Origin: a virus | Lineage: Duplodnaviria; Caudoviricetes | Direction: 5' to 3' (one strand) | Length of the DNA stretch: 64,000 nucleotides | IMG/VR virus record: IMGVR_UViG_3300048762_000252 | Span: 32,001 to 96,000 of that record | Part shown: positions 9,827 through 17,813 of the stretch, piece by piece | How positions within the stretch are numbered: position 1 is the stretch's first letter | Layout: every line of letters starts with the position of its first letter | Translations under genes and position numbers: made by a program | Notes under the pieces: model-generated | The model's input: only the letters and a program-made list of their open reading frames with translations | Databases searched by the model: none | What the model was told of the DNA's origin: nothing

Positions 9827-11263
9827 ATGCCTTGGCAAGAGTCAGATGTCGAAAAGCATTTCAAAGGGCTATCTTCTAAAGAGAAAAGACAATGGTGTCA
9901 TGTCGCAAACGGGGCCTTAGAAGCTGGAGATGACGACGGAACGGCCTGTCACAAAGCTAATGGTGTGGTTAAAAAAAATCGCATGGAATCTGAAATACAA
10001 GAAGGTGAAAGATTTTACGATCAACGAACAAAATTGTTTAATCACCCGGCTAGACATGACGGCGCATCTCATGGGCAATATGATAACTATGTAAAAGGAC
10101 TTCACGATTTACATGATGGGTTATCTAAAAAAATAGGACCATTAGTTAAGAAGTATGAGAATAACAATAAAACTCATCCATCGTCAGGACAACCATATAG
10201 CAAACATGCAAAATTTCTTAAAGTGGGGTTAGCAGCAGCGGCACAACATTTGTCTGGTGTTTATGGAAAACATGCTGTTGACAAAGCGGACGCCAACGTT
10301 GTCGGTGCAATAAACGCCGATAATGCGTTAAATATGATGCATCAACTGAGCGACCATTTGGCACAGCATTTTAAAATACACGAATCTATTGAATCAAAGC
10401 TGTATGCGAAAGCCATCGCAATGGTCGAAGCTGTCCGTATGCAGCAAATCGCTGCTATATTTGAAGGCGCACTTGACAATCAACCTGAAGGTATCCTACA
10501 CAAAGCTGGTTGGACTCAAACAAAAGAAAAAGGCGACAATAAAATTTATACTCATACTGCACAAGATCATCGAACCTGTGCAGCTTGCAAATCTGGAATT
10601 CGGCACGATCATAATCCCATTGATAGTATGCATGGTCATGAGATTCATGTGAGTAAAAATGGAAATTGGCGGCATTACGACGGCGACAAATGTCTAGGTG
10701 CCGGTTTCACTGGCGAGAAGATGCGAAAGCATTTGGGTGAAGCTGTCCTAAACGAAGCCGATCCTAAACCACGGGTAGAAGTAGACAATGCTGGAAAGCC
10801 TGTAATACCAAATCGCCAACATTACTTGATGTACTTTCAGGACATGCAAGCTGGACATATCAAAGATGCCTTGCGTAGCGCCCACGAACGATGGGCCGCA
10901 GCAGAAAAAGTTGCATTAACTGCTCGTCAAGCATCTTTGGCAAATAAGAGTCAGTCTGTTAAAGACCAAGCAGCAATGGCGGCGGCGCATTTACAAGCTC
11001 TTGGTATTGAGTTGTCTGTCGGTAATTTGGTACTGAAGCAAAAGCAAAACAAGATGGGAAAAGAAGTTAAAAAGCAAAATGTGAAAATCAAAAGTCATGC
11101 TAGAACAGTTGGAAAAGTTGTAAACACTGTTATGAAAGGATCAAGTCCGCTTGCGAAGATGTTAGCCAAAGGTGTTGTGAAAGCTTTCACACCAAAGCCT
11201 GTTACTGTTAACAAAACAAAGAATTATTTGGCGACACCGAAAGCACCAAGAGTTTCAAAATAG
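9827..11263 (+). CDS. modular head protein: ChaB-like N-terminus, His-rich modules, basic tail
   Basis: MPW..........L...EKRQW.HVAN.AL..G.D...A...AN.VV; IQE/IHE/IFE/LGE/LNE spacers. Confidence 0.6.
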   Translation: MPWQESDVEKHFKGLSSKEKRQWCHVANGALEAGDDDGTACHKANGVVKKNRMESEIQEGERFYDQRTKLFNHPARHDGASHGQYDNYVKGLHDLHDGLSKKIGPLVKKYENNNKTHPSSGQPYSKHAKFLKVGLAAAAQHLSGVYGKHAVDKADANVVGAINADNALNMMHQLSDHLAQHFKIHESIESKLYAKAIAMVEAVRMQQIAAIFEGALDNQPEGILHKAGWTQTKEKGDNKIYTHTAQDHRTCAACKSGIRHDHNPIDSMHGHEIHVSKNGNWRHYDGDKCLGAGFTGEKMRKHLGEAVLNEADPKPRVEVDNAGKPVIPNRQHYLMYFQDMQAGHIKDALRSAHERWAAAEKVALTARQASLANKSQSVKDQAAMAAAHLQALGIELSVGNLVLKQKQNKMGKEVKKQNVKIKSHARTVGKVVNTVMKGSSPLAKMLAKGVVKAFTPKPVTVNKTKNYLATPKAPRVSK

Positions 11264-11270
11264 CGACGAT

Positions 11271-11280
11271 GTATAAATAT
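11271..11280 (+). promoter_or_regulatory. T4-type late promoter TATAAATA
   Basis: GTATAAATAT, with ATG at 11285. Confidence 0.75.
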
Positions 11281-11284
11281 CTTT

Positions 11285-12127
11285 ATGCCTGCATTTATTA
11301 ATTTAGAAGCGCATAAAGAACAGATTGTTTCGCTATATCAATCTGCGAAAGGATGTCCAGAGATTTGTCAAATCTTGCAATCGTCATTTGGGATAACTGT
11401 AAAGACATGTAAGTTATGGTCTCAACTTAAACGTTGGCAAGTTATTACTCGGTCCAGAGAGTGTCAACGATATACTATATTATCCAATGAACAAAAAGAC
11501 ATCATTGATGGAATGTTATTAGGAGACGGTTCTTTGCGTACTTATCGAAAGACACCGCAAATAGTCTTAACCAGCATTCATCGGGAATATGTTGATTTTT
11601 TAAATACTCTTCTTCCCATAAAAACACGGATAGCCGAACGACGATTAAGACAAAAAGTCATGTTTGATAATATTTCTTATGATTGTAAGCCTAGCTTTGA
11701 ATTGGTATCTGTCAGTGACAAAGTGTTGTTTGAATTTTGTAAAAGATGGCTGTATTTAAGACACAAAATAATTCCTAATGATTTGACTTTTACTCCAACA
11801 ATGATTCGCCATTGGTTTTATGGTGATGGTAGCACTTCATTTCTAAAGCGCAAAAATCGAAAAATTCAGAATTCTACTGTTCATCTTACTTTTTGCACAA
11901 ATGCTTTTACTGAAGACGAGTGTCATCAACTATGCTATCAATTTGAAAAGATAGATTCAAATCTTAAATTTTTTGTTAATCACACACAAAAAGGGCAACC
12001 GATTATCAAAACAACACGTCAAGCTGCTATTAATACGTTTTTTGATTACATAGGAGATTGTGAAATTTCGTGTTTTGATTATAAATGGAAACGTCCAATT
12101 ACTAAATACATGGTAGGTGCATCATGA
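11285..12127 (+). CDS. free-standing LAGLIDADG homing endonuclease with N-terminal HTH-like region
   Basis: IIDGMLLGDGSL and HWFYGDGST motifs; paralog of 48551-49360. Confidence 0.88.
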   Translation: MPAFINLEAHKEQIVSLYQSAKGCPEICQILQSSFGITVKTCKLWSQLKRWQVITRSRECQRYTILSNEQKDIIDGMLLGDGSLRTYRKTPQIVLTSIHREYVDFLNTLLPIKTRIAERRLRQKVMFDNISYDCKPSFELVSVSDKVLFEFCKRWLYLRHKIIPNDLTFTPTMIRHWFYGDGSTSFLKRKNRKIQNSTVHLTFCTNAFTEDECHQLCYQFEKIDSNLKFFVNHTQKGQPIIKTTRQAAINTFFDYIGDCEISCFDYKWKRPITKYMVGAS

Positions 12128-12777
12128 AACTTCTAACCGAACAAAACGAAAATGTGATTGTAGAAACCGTATCAGAACCAACTGGAAAATCATATTATAT
12201 TCAAGGAGTGTTTCTTCAAGCAAATGTTCAGAACAGAAATGGTCGCATTTATGGGTTGCCTATTCTTGAAAAAGAAGTGACTCGTTATAACCAAGCTTAC
12301 ATTTCACAACGAAGAGCTTTGGGCCAGCTTGGACATCCAGACTCTCCCACAATCGAATTAGAAAATGTTTCTCATCTTATTATTGATCTTTTTCAAGAAG
12401 CAAATAATTTTATAGGAAAAGCGAAAATCTTAGACACTCCAATGGGAAAAATTACAAAAAGTCTCATTGATGAGGGGGTCAAGCTTGGGGTCAGTAGTCG
12501 TGGAATGGGATCACTTAAAGAGAACGGTCGGGGCGTTCAAGAAGTTCAAGATGATTTTTATTTGGCTACAGTGGACATTGTAGCAGATCCGTCTGCACCT
12601 TCCGCATTTGTACAAGGTATCATGGAAGGAAAAGAATGGGTGTGGGACAACGGTGTCTTAACTGAATCCAAAGTAGATGCTATCAAGCGCACATTGACAA
12701 AAAAGAAGTTCTCAGAAAAGGCAATGCTTGAAGCGTTCGACAGCTTTATGAAGAACCTTTCTGGACAGTCTTTTTAG
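12124..12777 (+). CDS. gp21: prohead core protease
   Basis: YIQGVFLQA...NRNGRIY, ALGQLGHP, GVSSRGMGSL, DIVADPSAP.AFV.GIME. Confidence 0.97.
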   Translation: MKLLTEQNENVIVETVSEPTGKSYYIQGVFLQANVQNRNGRIYGLPILEKEVTRYNQAYISQRRALGQLGHPDSPTIELENVSHLIIDLFQEANNFIGKAKILDTPMGKITKSLIDEGVKLGVSSRGMGSLKENGRGVQEVQDDFYLATVDIVADPSAPSAFVQGIMEGKEWVWDNGVLTESKVDAIKRTLTKKKFSEKAMLEAFDSFMKNLSGQSF

Positions 12778-13804
12778 CCCACTGTTTGAATGACGGTATG
12801 CCAAGTTTTTCAATTTGGTAAGCAGCTACTTTCTTACAGATAGCGATAAACTCAGCATCAGTTAAATTGCGTTTGATGTGTTGAAGTTTCTTGTCTATCC
12901 ATTGGACATTTCCATTGACATAGCCTTTTGAACTGTCGATGCGATCAAGAGAGGCGTTGCCATACTCTTTTCTTCCCTTATAATATCGCATTCTTAGTAT
13001 TTTGCCGGTGAGCGCACACTTTCTATTTTGTTTCAAAAATATGTCCCATACATAATCAATGGCGATGGAAAGTTCAATCTCTCGCCTTTGTGCATTTTGT
13101 TTGATTCTATACCAAGTTGTCTGTCCTATTTCACCACAACCTTTCCACTGAGCATGTTTGTTCCCTTTAAATTCAAATTTTTCTTCAGATTTTTCTTCTG
13201 ATAGTAGGTTTGGAAAAATACGACCAATGTTTTTTTCTTCCGCATGGCGTGCCACATCCTTACAAGTTTGAATAAATTCGGATTGTTCCCAATTCAATTT
13301 TATTGGTTGAAGGCACTTGTCTATCCATTGAACATTTTCAACTGTATAACTTCTATTGGAGTCGATTCGATCCAGGGAAGCATTACCAATGTTTTTACGG
13401 TCTTCCCATTTATACATTGTCAATTCAATGCCAGTCAAAGCGCATTTTCTTGACTGCTGTTCGAATAAATTCCAGGCTTCTTCCTTTGTAATTTCAAATG
13501 GAATGTGACGCTTAACCGCACACAATTTCAAGACACACCACTGTCGGCCTGTTATACTTTCGTATCCTTTCCATCTAGGATTTCCCTTTCCTCTAGTGCT
13601 AATATTCCTACAATTCGGGCAGTTACTATACAGCAGCCTTCTGTTTTTGATGGCAGTAACCCATTCATGTGAACATATATTACATTTCCACAATGCTTTA
13701 AAATGACTGCCCTTACTGTAATCTGAAAATTTCTTTTCGTTTTTTTCGTGCCATTCATTAAGTAGCCGAGTTTCCCATTCCTGGATATTGTGTGGTTTTG
13801 CCAT
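12746..13804 (-). CDS. tandem-domain HNH homing endonuclease with Zn ribbon, antisense within head operon
   Basis: two copies of Q.RKCALTG...GNASLDRIDS...Y...NVQWIDK; N-terminal WKC..C.HEW. Confidence 0.85.
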   Translation of the reverse strand: MAKPHNIQEWETRLLNEWHEKNEKKFSDYSKGSHFKALWKCNICSHEWVTAIKNRRLLYSNCPNCRNISTRGKGNPRWKGYESITGRQWCVLKLCAVKRHIPFEITKEEAWNLFEQQSRKCALTGIELTMYKWEDRKNIGNASLDRIDSNRSYTVENVQWIDKCLQPIKLNWEQSEFIQTCKDVARHAEEKNIGRIFPNLLSEEKSEEKFEFKGNKHAQWKGCGEIGQTTWYRIKQNAQRREIELSIAIDYVWDIFLKQNRKCALTGKILRMRYYKGRKEYGNASLDRIDSSKGYVNGNVQWIDKKLQHIKRNLTDAEFIAICKKVAAYQIEKLGIPSFKQWAKKTVQKGSS

Positions 13805-13861
13805 ACAATTACTTAGACATCAAAGGTTCATCACATCATATCCTTTCAAAAATCAACACTT

Positions 13862-13869
13862 TATAAATA
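13862..13869 (+). promoter_or_regulatory. late promoter for gp22
   Basis: TATAAATA followed by GGAG Shine-Dalgarno and ATG at 13911. Confidence 0.75.
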
Positions 13870-13910
13870 ATAACCAGATTGTGATTTTCTTAAATCACGG
13901 AGTGACAAAA

Positions 13911-15386
13911 ATGGCAAAAAGAATTGAAGATAAAATCATGGACATTCTTAACAACACTCAATTGGATGAAGGTGCCTCTTGGGAAAATCTCGGAGGCCCG
14001 ACGCCGAGCGAAACCTTGAAAGGCCCTATTGACTATGCAAAGAATGTGCAGAAAGCGCATGTACCACAAGCCCATCCAATTCCGGGTGTTGGCGAAATTG
14101 GCAACGAAGAAGCCGATCAAAACGACCCAATCACTGATGTAGTTGATGATATGGACGAAGACGAAATCTATGAAGCCGAAGACGAAGACGAAAAGGACGA
14201 CGAAGAGAAAGAAGAAGGCGATGGCGACGAAGACGAAGATGATGAAGATGAAAAACTCGAAGAGACTTTCTCATCCCTGTTGCAGCGTCTTGCCGAAGAA
14301 GATGTTGATGAAGACGAAGGCGAAACCAGTTTGAAGGATGCCGATGCTGATTTTGGCACACCAGAAGAAACTCTTCCTGATGTTGACAGTAAGCTAGAAA
14401 ATCCAGAAAGTCTTCTAACAAAAGCACCTGGAATCAAGGTTGCTGAAGAAGAGATGGATGAAGAAGAGATGGATGAAGACGAAGGCGAAACCAGTCTGAA
14501 GGATGCTGATGATGATTTTGGCACACCAGAAGAAACTCTTCCTGATGTCGATTCTAAACTCGACAAACCAGATTCATTAGTAACCCCGGCTGTTGGAGCA
14601 AAGGCTCCGAATCCAAAGTTTGTTGAACATGACACAGATGTGAAGGAAGATCTTGATGCTGTTTTTGCTGGTACCAAATTGTCCGAAGCAGCCAAAGCAA
14701 AAGCCGCAACAATTTTCAAGGCCGCTGTAATACGCAGAGTCAACGAAGAAAAGACTCGTGTCCAGCAAGTTGCCACCAGAAAGCTGAAAGAAGCATTTGC
14801 AATTTTGAAAGCACGTTCCGAACAGAAGCAAAATGTATACGAATCCAAGCTGACTGGACAAGTTGACCGCTATCTCAACTATGTGGTTGAGAATTGGATG
14901 GACGATAATCGCTTGGCTGTTGAGAAGGGCATTCGTGCCGAACTTGCAGAAAGCTTTATTACTGGTCTGAAGAATCTCTTTGTAGAACATTACATTGAGG
15001 TACCGGAATCCAAGGTTGATGTTCTTGCAACTCTTGGTAAAAAGGTTACAAAGTTGGAATCGAAGCTAAATGAATCGATTGAAACGAACACCAAGATGCG
15101 TGCTTCCTTGAATGCATATCGCAAGGAAGAAGTGGTTCGTGCAGTATCGGGTGGACTTGCAGAGACACAACGTGAAAAGCTGACAAAATTGGCAGAAGGC
15201 GTTGATTACACAACCCGTAAAGAATTCGCAGCAAAGTTGGTTTCTCTGAAAGAAGCGTATTTCCCAAAGTCACCTAAAACGGTGAAGAGAGAAGAACAGC
15301 CGCTTTTGGAGTCTGTACAAAAACCAGTGAACAGCGAAATGGCAGTATATACAAAAACACTGTCGAAGATGAACAAGAAAGACTAA
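13911..15386 (+). CDS. gp22: prohead core scaffold protein
   Basis: LSE..K.KA.TIF.AAV, VD.YLNYVVE.WM..N.LAVE.GIR.ELAESFI.GLK.LF.EHYI.VP; position between gp21 and gp23. Confidence 0.95.
   Translation: MAKRIEDKIMDILNNTQLDEGASWENLGGPTPSETLKGPIDYAKNVQKAHVPQAHPIPGVGEIGNEEADQNDPITDVVDDMDEDEIYEAEDEDEKDDEEKEEGDGDEDEDDEDEKLEETFSSLLQRLAEEDVDEDEGETSLKDADADFGTPEETLPDVDSKLENPESLLTKAPGIKVAEEEMDEEEMDEDEGETSLKDADDDFGTPEETLPDVDSKLDKPDSLVTPAVGAKAPNPKFVEHDTDVKEDLDAVFAGTKLSEAAKAKAATIFKAAVIRRVNEEKTRVQQVATRKLKEAFAILKARSEQKQNVYESKLTGQVDRYLNYVVENWMDDNRLAVEKGIRAELAESFITGLKNLFVEHYIEVPESKVDVLATLGKKVTKLESKLNESIETNTKMRASLNAYRKEEVVRAVSGGLAETQREKLTKLAEGVDYTTRKEFAAKLVSLKEAYFPKSPKTVKREEQPLLESVQKPVNSEMAVYTKTLSKMNKKD
14307..14580 (+). 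repeat. two-copy direct repeat (165-bp period) in gp22
   Basis: DEDEGETSLKDAD.DFGTPEETLPDVDSKL starting at 14307 and 14472. Confidence 0.9.
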
Positions 15387-15408
15387 CTGTAGTAGAAAGT
15401 AGATACAT

Positions 15409-15416
15409 TATAAATA
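15409..15416 (+). promoter_or_regulatory. late promoter for gp23
   Basis: TATAAATA upstream of the capsid gene. Confidence 0.8.
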
Positions 15417-15461
15417 CTAAAGTTGGTCTTAAATGGACTAATGGAGAGAGAGAGACGGACT

Positions 15462-16835
15462 ATGAATATTTCCGAACAACTAAGAAAGAAGTGGGCAGAT
15501 GTCATTGACCACGAGGCTCTACCCAAGATTGCTGACGCACATCGCAGAGATGTAACAATTCAGATTCTTGAGAATGAGCAACGTGCAATCAAGGAAGAGA
15601 AGGAACAACTTCTCCGTGAAGCCGCCCCAACAAACAATTACGGTTCAGGTAACATCGGCGCATGGGACCCGATTTTGATTTCCCTTGTGCGTCGTGCAAT
15701 GCCTAACCTGATCGCTTACGACGTATGCGGTGTGCAGCCTATGACCGGCCCAACAGGGTTGATCTTCGCAATGCGCTCCAAATACTCTACAATGGCCTCA
15801 ACCAACCGTGTTCCTGGAACCGGCTTGTTCCCTGATGGCACTGGTACAGACCCGAATGAAGCATTCTTCAATGAAGCTGCAACAGGCTTCTCTGGTTTGG
15901 ACCCGACCCTGGGAACCCCAGGACAGGTAGTTGGCGCACAGGGAAGCAATCCATTTGCTTCCACACCAATGTCTACATCTTACCTAACTGGTAGTGCAAT
16001 GACAACGGCAGAAGCCGAAGCATTGGGCACTTTCCCATCTGGTCCTTATCAATTCAATGAAATGGCACTTAGCATTGACAAAGTAACTGTCACTGCACAG
16101 AGCCGTGCATTGAAGGCAGAATACACGATGGAACTTGCACAAGACTTGAAAGCAATTCACGGCTTGGATGCAGAGACGGAACTTGCGAATATTCTCAGCA
16201 CAGAAATTCTTGCTGAAATTAACCGTGAGATCATCCGCACTCTGTACTTCATCGCTAAGGTGGGTGCTCAGAAGTCTGTCGCAGTTCCAGGTACTTTCAA
16301 CCTTGATACTGACTCTAATGGCCGTTGGCTTGAAGAAAAGTTCAAGGGTATGTTATTCCAGGTGGAAAGAGATGCAAACCAGATCGCACGTGAGACACGT
16401 AGAGGTAAAGGTAACTTTATCATCTGCTCGTCCGACGTTGCTTCTGCGTTGGCAATGACAGGTATCCTGTCTTATGCTCCAGCACTGGCAACCAATTTGA
16501 ACGTCGATGATACCGGCAACACATTCGCTGGTGTATTGAAGAATAATACAAAGGTCTTTATTGATCCGTACTTCAATAACACTGGTGACTTGAACACCGA
16601 ACTCTTGATGGTTGGATACAAGGGTAGTTCTCCGTATGACGCAGGATTTTTCTACTGCCCTTATATTCCATTGCAAATGGTGCGTGCAGTTGGGGAAACT
16701 AATTTCCAACCAAAGATAGGTTTTAAGACAAGATACGGACTTGTTGCAAATCCGTATTACACTAATGCTGTTGGTGCAATTACAGCCACATCGAACCCGT
16801 ATTACCGCTTGGTCAAGGTAAAAAATTTGCAGTGA
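15462..16835 (+). CDS. gp23: major capsid protein
   Basis: DPILISLVRRAMPNLIAYDVCGVQPMTGPTGLIFAMRS, SRALKAEY..ELAQDLKAIHGLDAE.EL, FQPKIGFKTRYG; probable LLRE/A maturation site. Confidence 0.99.
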   Translation: MNISEQLRKKWADVIDHEALPKIADAHRRDVTIQILENEQRAIKEEKEQLLREAAPTNNYGSGNIGAWDPILISLVRRAMPNLIAYDVCGVQPMTGPTGLIFAMRSKYSTMASTNRVPGTGLFPDGTGTDPNEAFFNEAATGFSGLDPTLGTPGQVVGAQGSNPFASTPMSTSYLTGSAMTTAEAEALGTFPSGPYQFNEMALSIDKVTVTAQSRALKAEYTMELAQDLKAIHGLDAETELANILSTEILAEINREIIRTLYFIAKVGAQKSVAVPGTFNLDTDSNGRWLEEKFKGMLFQVERDANQIARETRRGKGNFIICSSDVASALAMTGILSYAPALATNLNVDDTGNTFAGVLKNNTKVFIDPYFNNTGDLNTELLMVGYKGSSPYDAGFFYCPYIPLQMVRAVGETNFQPKIGFKTRYGLVANPYYTNAVGAITATSNPYYRLVKVKNLQ

Positions 16836-16871
16836 TAACTGCTTTATTTTCAATCACTTAGAATCAGAAAC

Positions 16872-16907
16872 AAAGAGGCTCCAATGAAAATTTGGAGCCT
16901 CTTTTTT
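16872..16907 (+). terminator. rho-independent terminator after gp23
   Basis: AGAGGCTCCA...TGGAGCCTCT stem followed by a T-run. Confidence 0.88.
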
Positions 16908-16937
16908 GAGTGAGATTACACTTGTCTATATAGTTTT

Positions 16938-17804
16938 ATGAGTCAACAACAATTCTATGTTTACGTTTATTACGATCCAAGAAATAATCAGCCATTCTAT
17001 GTTGGTAAGGGTTGCGGACGCCGATGTTATGACCATCTTAAAGAGACGGAAGACAAGACAGATAACATCTTCAAGTGGCGAAAAATAAATTCCATTAGAA
17101 ATGATGGAAGCGAAGCAATTGTCAAAAAAGAAATAGAGAATCTTTCAGAAGAACATGCGTATGAACAAGAAGCCGTTCTCATACGTCAATATGGACGAGC
17201 AGGAATAGATCCAGGAGGCATTCTTACTAACAGATGTGAAGATCTGCGACCGCCATCAACAAAAGGTAAAAAATTTAGTGATGAGCACAAAGCCAAACTC
17301 AAAGCAGCATATTGGAAACGAGTGTCGCAACCAGGATATGTTCACCCATGTAAAGGGCAGATTGTTCAGCAACATGTAAGAGAAGCCGCTCGTCAAGCTA
17401 ATCTTGGAAAATCTAAAAACCGAAATTCTGTTGAAAAGATGCGCCAAAAGAAAATTCAATTGCTTTCCGATCCAACAAAACATCCTATGTTTGGACGCCA
17501 CCACACAGAAGAAGCAAAAAATAAGATTAGCGAAGCAAATACTGGTCATAAATTATCAGCAGAGCATATTGAAAAAATAAGACAATCTAATCTTGGAACT
17601 CATTGTAGCGAAGAAAGGAAGCAAGCAATAGCTAAAGCCTTAGCCGCAGAATGGAAAATTACTGATTCACAAGGAAATTCATTTACAATTGAAAATTTAA
17701 ATGCTTGGTGTAAACAAAAAGGACTTACATCTCAAAATTTCATAGCGGTGTCGAAAGGAAGATTACCTCACGCTTACGGTTTCAAGTGCGAGAAGATTTC
17801 ATAA
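16938..17804 (+). CDS. GIY-YIG homing endonuclease with NUMOD3 repeats
   Basis: FYVYVYYDPRNNQPFYVGKG...R; HHTEEAKNKISEA. Confidence 0.88.
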   Translation: MSQQQFYVYVYYDPRNNQPFYVGKGCGRRCYDHLKETEDKTDNIFKWRKINSIRNDGSEAIVKKEIENLSEEHAYEQEAVLIRQYGRAGIDPGGILTNRCEDLRPPSTKGKKFSDEHKAKLKAAYWKRVSQPGYVHPCKGQIVQQHVREAARQANLGKSKNRNSVEKMRQKKIQLLSDPTKHPMFGRHHTEEAKNKISEANTGHKLSAEHIEKIRQSNLGTHCSEERKQAIAKALAAEWKITDSQGNSFTIENLNAWCKQKGLTSQNFIAVSKGRLPHAYGFKCEKIS

Positions 17805-17813
17805 ATACAAATA

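Noticed and set aside
14307-14580. Near-identical repeat pair as a DGR template/variable repeat
   Set aside because: Differences are mostly synonymous and not adenine-specific; both copies lie in frame within gp22.
14168-14848. Long Ser-rich antisense ORFs here and at 4944-5402 and 42414-43103
   Set aside because: Shadow frames of GAA/GAT-rich or repetitive sense genes.
697-16835. Stop-codon reassignment
   Set aside because: Core genes are full length in the standard code and no CTA/TCA suppressor tRNA was seen.
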